A DNA stretch of 64,000 nt from assembly GCF_009914755.1 (NCBI RefSeq), contig NC_060927.1, one strand, 5' to 3'. Origin of the DNA: the human T2T-CHM13v2.0 reference genome, Homo sapiens. The position numbers and the translations under genes were made by a program. This document shows, piece after piece, positions 43,741 to 57,709 of this stretch (within the stretch, counting starts at the first letter, position 1; each line of letters begins with the position of its first letter). A model generated the notes under the pieces. It was not told the origin of the DNA. It searched no databases and saw only the letters and a program-made list of their open reading frames with translations.

Positions 43741-44995
43741 AATAAAAAAAAGATTGTTATTCTTATTAAATAAATTCAGTTTCAAAATGATGAGTTAGGT
43801 CAAGGAATTTAATTTGTGAACATAAGAGAGCAACTGTTAGCCCAGCAGAGAATGGACGTATAAATAAATGTGGGCTTATCAGCACAAAGCTCAAAATAAT
43901 TGAAGGACCCAATTCAGTTCCCCATTTAGTAGTTGCAAAGCATTACGATAGGCACTGAGCGAGTGGGCGCTTCAAAAGTTACCAGTTAACTTTGAGAAAA
44001 TACAAGCAAAGGCTCTGAAAACAGCTGTGTATGCTGCCTAGAGTATGCTACCGTTAGAGAGTGTTAATCCCTGGAGAGAAAAATCAGTTCCTGAAGATTG
44101 GGACCAAGTTGTAAGATTTTGTGAGCGTTCTTATCAAAACAAAGGCTCTCAACAAGCATACAAGGTATCGGCATCCACAGACAACAATTTGGTAAAACAA
44201 CAGTTGAGTTTAGAGCATTGAATTTTAATAATGGGATGTTAATCATTTATTTTGGATCCAACATGTAAAATTCCCAGATGCCAACTCCGGCGCCAAAAAA
44301 TGGACATGTGGAGAACAGCAGGTTATGAAATGATAAATCTTGTGATTTATATGCTTTGCTTGCTGCAAGTCTCTAATGATTCATTTCATCACCATGGACC
44401 AATTTCCTCAACAAAAATATGTCTTCCCTATCCCTTAATCCAAGCAACTCATTTACTATTCACTTTGTTTCTCTTTTGGTATGGTCTTTGTCAAAACACT
44501 TCCCTCTTAAGAATTACCTCCTTATGAACACGACACCTTTGATCACCGGCAAAACCTGAACGATTGCTCCAGGTAAGAACAAAGGGAGCTATTTAAAACC
44601 TTCCCAACCAACTGATCTTTTTGTTGATTACACCTGTTTGGGAATATTTTTCATGTCATATTTTTACTTCAGCTTGTCACAAGCTAGGCAAGATATTAAA
44701 ATTGCATGTGAAGATTCACTAAACAGAAGTTTTTTTAATATACTATGCCATGTTTAGTAACAATTGGTTTCAATTAATTTAATGGAGAGTACGGTTTAAA
44801 TTCAAAAAATCTTTGTTTATGCATCCATTCATTCTTTCATCCATACATTTACTCTATAAACATAGTCAGTACATGTTAGGTACCAGATATTACCAATCAA
44901 GTAGTGAGGAAGATAGGCATGGTGTATGCTGTCAAGGAGATAAGGTAATGAAGAAATTAGCACAGGTTAATACAATAGACTATGTGCCTCTGCGA

Positions 44996-45044
44996 GTGTG
45001 CGTGTGTGTGCACGCGCGTGCACGTGCGCATGCATGCACACGTG
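44996..45044. repeat. Perfect alternating purine-pyrimidine tract
   Basis: GTGTGCGTGTGTGTGCACGCGCGTGCACGTGCGCATGCATGCACACGTG, 49 bp. Confidence 0.95.
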
Positions 45045-46840
45045 AGTGCTCATACATATGTGTGTTTTGGGGGCGCAATGAAGTCACAATGAATTTCTAA
45101 TGTCAAGCTTCTGAGAGTGTGACATTAGAACCAAGACTCTCCGTATGGGTGACATTAGAACTGAGACTTAAATAATAAGGAGCCTGCTGTGCATAGATCT
45201 GAGGAAAGATTGTTCCAACTTGGAGGAGAAACAAGTAACAAGGTCTGGAACAAAAATGAGTTCGGCATGTTAAAGAACCAAGGAATTGCAAGGTAGCTGA
45301 AGTAGAGACAGCATTGTAAAATTTGGTACAAAATGAAGGTGGAGACATGGGAAGGGACTAGATCAGGTGAGGGTGTAGTTCTATCAAGAGTTCTTTATTC
45401 CAGGTACTAAAGGTCTAAAGATTCCAAAGATCCACAAAACTCTTAATATTTGGAGTAAAATTGTCTATGTTTGTATGTCTGTGCATTTTCACAGTAGTCC
45501 GTGACCCCCCAAAAAGTAGAGGAATTAAGATCTGGTCTATTGCAGTTTTAATTAAGTCTAAACACTGGTTTAATATGGTGTTAATAAAAATATTGAGTAG
45601 ACCTATCATAAATTCATGATTAGCTTCTTTCAAAATGTTTTGATTCCTTAGATCAGTGTTTTCTAAAATCTCACTACTTACACATTTCAATCCTAAAGCA
45701 TTCATCTAGAGAAACCTACCTGCTGTTTGAGTTTTGTTCTTTTCAGGTAGGAAAATGAAAGTTTCATGAAATCATGCAAAGGTTCATAGAGTTAAACTTT
45801 TTTGAGATGAAGAATACTGAATTAAGAGTGGTTTTATTCTTCTTGAACTTTACATTAAGTAAACACTGCCTGAAATGGATAAGATAGGTAATTTTGAGCC
45901 CTTGATAATAACTAAAAAAAATGTAAACCCTTTCCCTCATCATTTTTCACCAGTGTTTGATAACTATTGTGTGAGAACAATGGAAGCAGATATATGATAG
46001 TGTATTCAATACCCCAAAAAGATGATGAATGATAACATTTACAATTTAAAAGAAAAATGGCCCAATTTCAAGTGTCCTTTCTGGAAGTTCTATGGCTGTT
46101 TTGGGAAAACTTGCTTAAAATACTCAGGTAGCAGAGACAAGAATGAAAAAAGTGAAATATAGTCTTCATCCTTTTTTTGTCTGTTCTTAAGGATACTGTT
46201 TAACATACACCATTTTGACAAACCTGACTTATTTATTAAATGAGACTTATGATCACTATATGGGTTTTCAGGTGCTGTGTTCATGACTAGTGAATTCTGA
46301 AAAGTTCATTATGTGAATCAAAACATTAAAAACATAATTTTAGATGTAATACATGTCTCTGTTTGCTTCACCTCATAACTTGGACTGAAATGACCTGACA
46401 CATGAATAAATATTTATATCAGCTTTTATACAATTTTATATTCTTTAACAAAAAGGAAAGCCTGCTTGAAAATGTTGTGTTGTGACCACTCATGGGTATT
46501 TGCCTGATGGTTACCTGTTTGTTTCTAGTATAGAGCATAATTCTAAAATAAGCAGAATCTGCATAGACCTAGTGTAGAATATATTGATACATCGGTCAGC
46601 TCACAACAGATTGAAAAAGAACAAGTTCAGACAAACCTCTTTAGTCTGCATGGCTCCAGATAATTGGTTTGATTTTCCCACTGCAGTGGCTAGTTTAGTT
46701 TTGTAAAGTTTCAATCATTATGGCTGTGACAAGGAAAAGTGTCTTCCTCTGTGTTGAATTTTGGAAGGTTATCCTAAGTGTTGTCTCCAGTTTGTAGAAT
46801 CAGGAATAATTTTGGTATGTTTAGGGAGGTGGAGGAGGAC

Positions 46841-47248
46841 TGTATTAGTCCATTTTGTGTTGCTATAAAGGAGTACCTGAGGCTGGGTAATTTCTAAAGA
46901 AAAGAGGTTTGTTTGGCTTATGGTTCTACAGGCTGTACAAGCATGGCACCAGCATCATCTTGGCTTCTGGTGAGGTTTCAGGAAGCTTTCACTCATGGCA
47001 GAAGCTTTTACTCATTTCACATGGTGATTGAGGGGAAAAGAGAGGTGCCAGACTCTTTTTAAATAACCAGCTTTCACATGAACTAATAGAGCAAGCAAGA
47101 ATTCACTCATTACGTAGGGAAGGAAAACAAGCCGTTCATGAGGGATCCACCCCCATGACCCAAACATCTCTCACTAGGCTCCACTTGCAACACTGAGGAT
47201 CATATTTCAACATGAGATTTGGTGTGGACAAACATTGAAACCTTATCA
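46841..47248 (-). mobile_element. MaLR solo LTR (MSTB-like)
   Basis: TGTATTAGTCCATTTT...GCTATAAAGGAGTACCTGAGGCTGGG...TTTCAACATGAGATTTGG...TATCA. Confidence 0.85.
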
Positions 47249-47471
47249 AACACCTAGAAAGAAGAGAGATGGTGAAGTAGCAGTGACAAGGTAGAGACAG
47301 ATTTAAAAAAAAAACCCTAAATGTCAGAGAGTGGAGTTAGAACTTCATCTGTATGCAATGAACAACCCCTGTAGATTTTTAATCATAGAAATAACTTAAT
47401 GAAATTGACTTTTCAGAATGATTTATCCAACCAGAGTCAGCAAGATAGGTCTGTAAAAGGATATGCGTTTC

Positions 47472-47965
47472 CTTTGGCAGTGCAAATATGACCTCCAGAA
47501 ATTCCTTCCAGCAAGAAGTGGAGTCAATTTTCTCTCCCCTTGACTCTGGGTTGGCAGTGTGAGTTTCTAAGACCAGTAGGATACAGTAGGATATAGCAGA
47601 AGTGCTGCTATTTGAGAAGCCTGTAAGTTTTCTCTGATAGAGCCCAGCTGCCATGTACATACTATCCTTTACCATGAAGGAGGCCCCCGTGGAGAGAAAG
47701 GCTGAGGAGTACACTGACACACAGGGTAGAATTGAGGTGCCCCACACCACAGCAACGCAAGGCTCAAGATATGTGACAAAAGCACTCTTTGGCCCCTCAT
47801 CTGAGCCCTCTTGCTAGGTGAACACAGCTGCACAAGTGGCCCCAGAGTACCAGAGGATGAATCCCTCAGTCTACCCACAGAATCTTGAGAAATGATACAT
47901 CTTTGCTGTTTTGAGCCATTATATTTAGAGGGAGTTTATTATATAGCAATAAAAAACCAAAATAG
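47472..47965 (+). mobile_element. MaLR LTR (MLT1G/H-like)
   Basis: AAGTGGAGTC...CCCCTTGACTCTGGG, CCCACAGAATCTTGAGAAAT, TATAGCAATA. Confidence 0.65.
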
Positions 47966-49222
47966 CATCTGGCAAAGTGTTTTTCTCACCATCAAACTCA
48001 GGGGAGATTCAATGAGCTGCAGGCACGGAAGTCAATTAGAATGATATTTTGGGAAAGTTAGCCTGAGATAATGAGAACGTGGCCTGGGTGAAAAGGTTGG
48101 GACTTACTTATATGCTCAATTTCCTCCTCTCATCAGGAAGGAAGTGGGTAGTATAACATTGGGCTAAAATGTTGAGTTTAGAAGTCACACAAAACTGGGC
48201 TTCTAGCTGGGTTCCATCACTTAAATATTTCCTTCCCTAAGACAAGGCTTTCTTACCAAAAATACAGCACTAATAATAGTCCCCACATAGGGAAGGCATT
48301 ATGAGCATTAAATGAGAGTATGAAATTACTTAGCACCGAGATTCACATATGCAAGTTACACAATGAGGTGCCAAGACAGTATTTAGAAATACTGCCAGTT
48401 GTTCCCCATTCCCTATATTTCTTCTTTACCCGATTGCATTTTGTCTTCTGTATCTCCAGAGCAGGCGTCAGAGGAGAAATGTGGAGAAAATAGAAAACAA
48501 TTCTTGACTTGAGCTTTAAAAGCTTAGGGAATTCGTGTTTCAAAAGGCTCTGCCCTGAGGCCAGGCTCTGGAAGCTGAGATAAAGGGTCAGAAGGAGTCG
48601 CCTCACTTTCTCCCACCCCTTGGCTAAGACAGGAGAAAGAGCTTAGATGTCAGATTCTGGAGAACAGTCCCTAAGAAGGGGTCCTATCCTCTGTCCTCAG
48701 CATCCCCCCATTCCAGGGGAGGCAAATCCTAAGACTGGAAGAGCTATGGAAACCCCAGATGAATCTGAGACAATTCAAAGCAGAAGAGAGTAGGCTCCCC
48801 TTCATCATTTTAAGGAAAAACAGTAGGATCTCAAGGCCCCTCTGGGCCTGGAGCTTTGTTCTATTAGTAAAAATGGGAAATATTTTGAATGGGCAATGCA
48901 AGATAACCAGGTATCCTGTCTTGCAAATCTTTCTGGACTATCTCTGGCTTTCATTGTCTTTGAGCTATTTCATAGCTCTACGAGTTGCAGGATACTGGTA
49001 GTAAGGCAAGTAATTCTTATCCGTAGAAACAGAAACGGCAATTGTATCCAGTCAGATGAGTTGCCTATTGCCCCATGAATACTGATCAATTTGATATACA
49101 TTTGTAAATTTACTTCAGCATTCTTGCTTGCCTAGAAGTGTTTCTGTCTTTTTAAATTCTCCATACAACCGGCTATAACATGTCTTCATTTTACATTTCT
49201 ATGGAAGTCATGATTATTCATC

Positions 49223-49614
49223 TGTATTAGTTTGCCAGGGCTGCCAAAATAAAGTCACAGACTGGATGATTTAAGCAAAAAAAATTCACTTTCCTATGAT
49301 TCTGAAAACTGGAACTCCTAGAACAAGGTGTTGACAGGGTTGGTTTCTTCTGAGGCCTCTCTGTTTGGCTTGTAGATAGCTGTCTTCTCCTCTTTGCCTT
49401 CACATGGTCTTCCCTTTGTGCATAACTGTATCCTAATCTCCCCTTCTTATAAAGACACCAGTCACGTGGAATAGGGCCCATTATGAGTATATGAGCTCAT
49501 TTTACCTTGGTCATCTCTTTGAGAGCCCTGTCTCCAAATACAGACACATTCTAAGGTACTGAGGGTTAGGATTTCAATGTATGAATTTTGAGGGGACATA
49601 ATTCAGTTACAACA
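49223..49614 (-). mobile_element. MaLR solo LTR (MLT1A0-like)
   Basis: TGTATTAGTTTGCCAGGGCTGCC...TGTCTCCAAATACAG...ATTCAGTTACAACA. Confidence 0.85.
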
Positions 49615-50718
49615 ACCTCTTCTTAAAAAAATTATTCTTTAACACTTCTTAAGTGATGACTTATGACTTCTCAAAACAGACCCATACAGCTATATTTAAA
49701 ATATCCTAACTGGGCTGATATTTCGACAGTACATGATGGACTCCCTTTCCACCACATGTACCAGTGCATATATTCACTATCATTCATGAGTACTTTAGAG
49801 TGAAAGCCTTCTTTTATTATTAGCATGCTTTTATAACTCTGTTTTCAAATCCAATCAAATCACTACTGCACTCCCAGGGAAGGGTTTTGAAACTCTCTTC
49901 GCACTTCCTCATCCCTGGACTATTATGTGCATATGCATTTTCAAGGGTATGCAAAATCAAGAAAATTGTGCTGAATAAAATTAAAGATAAGGCAAGCTGA
50001 GGATTTCAAAGAGTGTTATGAAAGTAATAAAGGGTGAAAGTTCCAGAAACCCAATATCAAGCCTTATCCAGGGCAAGTCACACGTGACTTCTACTATCTA
50101 GTTTTTCCAGCACTGCGCTGTGGATGAAATGACATTGAAAGCAATGTCAAGCGCCACCAGAAAATATAAGAAAAGTGAAGATGCAAGCCACCAATCAACT
50201 CTTCTAAATTCCTTTGGTAAACTCTTCTGGTATTCCAAAATGAGTCTGGCTTTAGAGTCTGAGAAGTTTCTGGCAGTGTGGAAAACTGACATGGGAAATC
50301 TGTTGTAAAATTATGCCCCAGTCCATGGAAGCATGCAAATGCAGAGGGCTCTCATTTGTTGAGTTTTCTTCATGTTTACTGCCTGCTCCCCACCCACACT
50401 TAGAATGTGAGCTCTAAGAAGACAGAGACCTGGTCTCTGTTGCTCATGGCTGCATTCCTAGAACAAAGGAAAAGGATGGAACATGGTAGGTGTTCCATCC
50501 ATATTGCTGAATCAAATTAATGAAAATCACTTAACCTCTATGGCTCTCACTCTCCTTGTAATTAAAACAAAGAAGGAAATAAAATTCACTGCATAGTGTT
50601 CTTATGACAAATAAATACGAGAGAATGCATGAAGTGTCTAGACATAGCAGGAATTTAGCAGGACTTTTCTGTCAGAATGCCCTCAGTCCCTCTTTAAATT
50701 GACTTCAGGCTTTGGCCA

Positions 50719-51627
<909 letters not shown>

Positions 51628-52471
51628 GCCAGCAGTCTGCCAAACATGCCCATATACTTGGTTCCCAGTTTGGGCTTGTAGTTTTAGCCTCACTACAGCT
51701 ACACGCATGTACAATCAGTCTATATTCCTCTTGCTAATGAAGAGCCAGACAACATCATCTGAAATTGTTCTTCTTTCAAAGGCACAGCTTTTAGTGTTTC
51801 TCATGGTATTTATCTTTAATCTCTATTCAATAAATATTTTTGAAGGAATGAATCACTGGCTTTCACTCACAAAGCCTTTACACTCCTCCCTCTGTCACAG
51901 TTCTAAGACTTCCTTTTTTATGGATTTTTTTTTCCAGATATTAATTCCATTTTGAACCTGGCTGAGGGATGATTCTAGATTTTGAAAAAAAGCTTGGTGA
52001 CCACATGGAACTTTTAGATGTGTAGCAATTTAGCAAAAGCCTAACAGCTCCAGGAAAATTCTCCTAAGACAGACCTGAGAGCAAACTCTGAAAAGTGATA
52101 GTATTAGATCTAATAGCTGCTGTCTGGTTCACTTTAGAGACAGTGTCTGGAGGGAGAGCCAAGGACTTCTTTCTTACTCGCCTGAAGAATTCAGAAAGCT
52201 TTCACCTGATCATTTTGGCTGCAGAATTCTGCAGGAGGGTACAACAATGAACAGAAAATGGAAAGCCACCTAGAGCAATAAATAACCATTTGGGGGTACA
52301 AACTTCTTTCTCTTTTAGGTGTCTCACTGGTAGAAGGACTCAGAGGCAGCAGCCTCAATGTTGCATATTCATAAGAAACTGGACTATGGTCATTTTGAGA
52401 CTGATTGCTGTTCCTCTGCCTCTGCTATCCCATACACACACGTAGGGAATCAGAATATATGCACTCAAACT

Positions 52472-52551
52472 GGAGAGGGAGGGAGGGAGAGAGAGAGAGA
52501 GAGAGAGACAGAGACCCAGACAGAGACGGAGACGGAGACGGAGACGGAGAC
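52472..52551. repeat. Compound purine-rich microsatellite (GGGA)n(GA)n(GAGACG)n
   Basis: Direct observation. Confidence 0.9.
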
Positions 52552-53507
52552 ACTGACTCCGAAAATCTCCACCCTTCCAACCCAAAGCATCTTCACAAAA
52601 TTCAAGGTCCTTTTTGTTTTAATTAACTATTTCTTCTGCTTTAGAATCACCCTCAGGAGGAACTTAAAAACCTCAAACTTCAGAATGTGCAGATTCCCCT
52701 CAAGCCCTTTATGTCATTTTTCATTTGGCACCCTACCTGATCACACTCCCTAAAATGTGTAGCAGGAATTTTTTAAAGTAAGAGAATCCCTAAAAGGCAA
52801 CCCGTGCACACACAGATACAGCTTTTGTCTCTTTAAAAGCATTAGGAATTGAACCAATTGCCAAAGAGACTACTAGGCCTGAACTGTTCCCTGGGAACAA
52901 GCTGAGAATATCTGGGAATGGCATTAACCCTTTTGGACAAGACTCAAACACTGGGCTTTGTGCTGCTGTGTTAGCTTAATCAGATGTTGGTGTTTGTAGA
53001 TAGTATTCAGGTTTGAAAAGGTCACAAGGATATTTAAGGTTTTTGTTTTACTCTCAGAGGCATTTGAGACACAGCTCATTATTTTTCTTCTAAAATTATT
53101 TCTCTACTTTAAGAGAAAGTCTCTTTCCTAAAGGAGCTGAGGAAGGGCTTTTGCTTTTGGATTGGAGGTTGGTGTTAGATAACAAAGTGGGGAAGCAGGG
53201 AGGATATTTTGAAATCATGTGAGCTACGTGAAATCAAGTTGTCAAGTCAGCAGGGGGAATGCACATAGAATTCCGTCAAAATTACTCTTGCAGAATTCTA
53301 GGAAGAGACCACACCAGAGAGTCTCACCTACCACCATCTCTTGAACAGTTCAAATTAGCTTTGGAACAATAACTGACTTGTCTCCTGAGCACCAGAGGAA
53401 GTAGTAGGCTTGCATTTGGGGGACTTGTTGCATCAATGCTCGTGTACGTGTGTGCACACAGTATTTGTTTTAATTGGGTATGATTTAGTAAGACACATAA
53501 GTGACAT

Positions 53508-54020
53508 TGTGAAAAGAGAGGTTAACTCCCAGTTCCCTAGAAACAGGAAGCAGGCCACCACCACACAGAACCACACAGAGCCACAGCTAGGGAAGCACCA
53601 GGGTGTTCAGGAGGCAGAAGAAGAGGCAGAGCCTTCTGGGCAAGAGACTTCACTGAGGCTTCCATAGGAAGAAATAGATGAGACTGGGTAAGCAGACTTA
53701 GGATTGGCTAGTTTGAATGATTCAGCAAGCTCTAGGACATAGGGGCTGTCCCTAATTGTCTGGTACCTGGTCCTGGGATGATTAAGCCAGGTGGACAGTG
53801 GCTTAATCACCCTGTCACTTTAGGCTTCATCACCTAGATTGAGACCCCAATTAAGGAGGTGGTTGGGGGTATGGGCTCTGGACTGGATGGTTGGTATAGG
53901 AAAGACACACTTTCAGGAAAATAAGTTTAATATCTTTAGGAATTAGCTAATCCTGGGAAGGGTAGTCCCTCCAGAGTCAGCAAGGTCATAAGATGTCAAA
54001 GAATTCAAAAATAACAACAT
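53508..54020 (-). mobile_element. ERVL LTR (MER76-like)
   Basis: TTAGGATTGGCTAGTTTGAAT, GGGGCTGTCCCTA..TGTCTGGTACCTGG, TAGGAATTAGCTA, AGATGTCAAAG. Confidence 0.65.
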
Positions 54021-54169
54021 AAAGGCTACGAAATATATATACATATATACATACATGTATATGTGTATGAATATATATATATATGCGTGTGTGCGTGGGT
54101 GGGTGGGTGTGTCTTCCTTTTCTGATTCCCTGTCTATCAAACAACCTTGAGAGTTTCTTGTCAGTGCAT

Positions 54170-54560
54170 TTGTGTTTCGGTCTACCCAGAGTTCAGACTC
54201 TAATTCCACTGCATGCTGTATTTGTGGGACTACCAAGATTCTCTGTTCTTCCCTGACCAAGGGGTGGGCATTTGATCCAAGCTATGGTAAACTTTCTCTG
54301 CCAGAAAGCTGAATCTTGCATGGAATAATAAAAGAAAGGAATATTATTGGAGTGATTCGTCATGACAAGAGTACCCTACACATCAACCCATTAGTTTGCA
54401 ACCTGGTTTCTGTAGCTGCTTTGGATTTTGTTTTCTTCCAAAATCCAGCTCTTCAGTATTTCCTTCAACTGAGCTTTCCCATATCCTTTTATTAATTTTA
54501 TCCTTAATATAAAGTAGTTAGAGTTGATTTTTGTTCTTTACAGCCAAAGAAACTGCAATG
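54170..54560 (+). mobile_element. Old ERVL LTR (LTR33-like)
   Basis: AAGGGGTGGGCATTTGATCCAAGCT, AGAGTTGATTTTTGTT...CAGCCAAAGAA. Confidence 0.55.
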
Positions 54561-56189
54561 AAGTAGTCTGCCCATAGGTAAAAAAAGTGCTGGTTATTTG
54601 GGCTTTTTAATACTTACTCTCTATTTACAGTGATTCAACAAGTTTTCTTTTGATTATGATTTTTGTGCCCTCTATCATAGGAGGAGAGTTAAATGATCAT
54701 GTAAATACAGAGATTCAGCTTCCCATGGCAGTTATATTTTCCACTGCACACTAATAATTTGGCATTCTGCTTTCTACCTCAGTCTTCTGCATTGCAGTTA
54801 GCATGATTACTCACGGTCACTTTCAGAGCTCTCAGAGGTTGTCTCTGAAACCTCAAAGTGGGAGGCCAAGCCTGGTCACCCACTTTTAGATTCCATCACT
54901 CACTGAAGATCAAATACCATATACTACCTCTCATCATCCTCCACTAATTTTTAGAGGTCTCAATGACACTTCAGATACTGAGGTGGAAAGGTTAACACAA
55001 AATTACTTCCTGAAGCTTGTGACCACAGCAACGGGAAGAGGGCTGCATCAGCAGCTGCTCCGGCAGCTGCCGAGACAATCTACTTCCGCTTCATGACATT
55101 AGAGCAGTTCAGCCTTTCTTAACCAGACCCACTTGGCCTGCCAGCCTGTGTGGATTAATTCTCACTGGTCTTTGGCTAGGTGTGTTCATGCTCTGTACAT
55201 TCACACAAAGACCATGTCCTCTGGTCAATGACTGACTTGGGTCTTGAAGCAGAAGGGTTTTGACAGCTTGAATATATCCCAAAATAATGTCAAGGCAAGT
55301 AAGGATTTGGGAAGATACATTTAGTTGTGCTGAACTCTTCTCTTTTATTACTTCTTGAAATAGGGAACATTTTCTCCTACAGAGGGTCATCCAAGAGCAG
55401 GTGGGAAGGGTGACAAACATCTTGCCTCTTGAAGAAATAACAGATAATTTTAAATTTAAGCTGAGAGATGATCTTTTTTGAAACACAGATTGTTGAAAGA
55501 TGAGCGCAGATATGCTGGAAACATATCATCAGAAGGATTTTGGTCTTAGAAAAGGAGAGAATTATTTGATTTTTCCCCCTTTAACTCCCAACGTAGTGTA
55601 TATCATTTCTGAAAGAAATGTTTATTGAAAATATACCATAGAAATGAGAGCATGAATCCTGATATTTCATGTTTTCCTTATTTCGGGAAAGATAAGCAAG
55701 GAATCTCCAGTGATGACAACACAATAGTATCATTAGCTGGTGCCAACTGTGTGGTACTGGCTTATTGCCTGAAAACAGACTTCAGAGTACTTTTTATACC
55801 AATCAGGAAGGTTTCATTAAAGGATAATTAGTATCAGACAACATTGGGAAAGCCTTTCATCTGATTTCTCAAGTTCATAAACAAGATAGTCCCAGCATGC
55901 CATAGCTCCATGAAATGAAAAGACATTTGTTATCCTGAATTATGGTCAACAGCTATCCAACATCAACCTCTGTGGGCTGGAGGGCCCAGAGTGCTTGTGG
56001 TGTTGTTTGCCAAGGTCCATTTGATTAACCTTTTGTTCCATTTTCTTTCACATAGGAGAGGCAAAGGTGTCTGCTGGCTAAATAATAGCAGCCAAAACTT
56101 TTGAATCTACAAGTTATCAAGGAGTTCAAATGTTCCAGAGACTCTGCTGAGCAGCTTACATACATTACTCCATCTGAGTTTCCACCACG

Positions 56190-56775
56190 AGCAATGCCAT
56201 CCTGTGTTTTAGGTAGGAAAATTGAGATCATACAGTCTTCCTGTTGAAAATATAGCAATAGCCTCCCAGTGTGCTTACAATAAAACCTCAACCCTGGTGG
56301 CTGGCAAGGTCCTGCATGATCTGGCCCCTGCCTATAGTTCTGACTTTATCTCATGGTATGCTCTTACTCAGACACTTCACTCATTATATTTCTTCAACTC
56401 TCCAGGTATATTCCTGTTTCATGGCCTTTTCACTGGCTGTTCCCTTTGCCTACAATGCTCTTTGGTCAGCCCTCCATAAGTGGCTTCTTGTCCAGGTCTT
56501 GCACCTAATGTCATTTACATGGAGAGTCCTTTCCCTACCACCATTCAAAATGACTTATCCTCATCTATTCCTTAAATTTGTCTTTCTTTAATAGTATCCA
56601 TCACCAAATGAAATTTTTTGTGAATGTATTTTTATATAATATTTGTCCCATTAGAATGCAAGCTTTGGGTCAAGTACCTCAGTATTGTTCATTACTCTTT
56701 ATTCACTTACTGCGGTATTTAGGGTTTGTGCATGATAATTACCTGTTGAACAAATTCACACGTGAATGAATGAGT
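56190..56775 (+). mobile_element. L2 3' fragment
   Basis: AAGGTCCTGCATGATCTGGCCCCTGCCTA, GCTGTTCCCTTTGCC, GAATGAATGA tail. Confidence 0.8.
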
Positions 56776-57709
56776 GAGCTTTGGGTAGTATAGCTGACTC
56801 ACTAAAGGTCATATGGCTATTAAGTGACAGAGATAGAACTCAAACCCAGGTCATCAAAATTCCAGAACTCAAATTCTTAATCACCATCCTTCATTGTTTG
56901 TCTGTGGAGCTTCAAATATACCAACTCTTATTCATCATTGCATTTGTGCTGAGAGAAATGGGGCTCCAATGAATAGGGGCATGAAGATCACAACTAACCA
57001 TGTGAAAACACCCAGGGCTGACATTCAACTGGTGTGCTATTGAATGGCCATATTGGTGTTGAAATATTAAAATGGTACTGTAGTGACTGGTGAGGAGCCA
57101 TTGTTATGAATTCCTTGAGGGTGCAGACGCTTTCTGGTTCCCCTCCATGAGACTTCCCCAAGACCTAGAATGTCCACCAGGACCTCTACTTGATCCAGTA
57201 ACTAAAAGGTTTACACCAAGCACACCAGCAGTCTTCTAGGAGCACTTCCATTTATGCCGATGGATCATACCCACTGATCATCATTTTCTCTGCTCCTGGA
57301 AAAACTCTGAAGACAGACATTGCAAAAGCCAACTCTCAACTTGTTCTATTCTTTCTCAAGATATACAACCTAAGCACTATCAGCTCAGCTGCAGCATGAT
57401 AAAGGAGGAAGTCCTCTTTCCTTTTATCTCATCAAATGCTTATTATAAATTTCAACTTAATAAGAAAAAGAAAAGGGCAGGCAATAGTGGCAGGTAATTG
57501 TGACTAGTAATTGAACTGGCAAACCTGAAATGTCCTAAAGAAGATTTAGGGTTCTATAAGGAACCATAATAATCATTTTCCTTTCAACTTTAGCTTTTAA
57601 TTCTTTTTTTTTTTATTTTTTGTCCCAGGCCTCCCATTGTATTGAATGTTTAAGAGTAATCTGATGAATAAGCCAATGTGGAAACTATGTTCTGGAAGCA
57701 GTAATGGTT

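Noticed and set aside
52358-52753. 131-aa ORF with ERERE/ETETE repeats
   Set aside because: Length is inflated by a stop-free microsatellite; no homology recognised.
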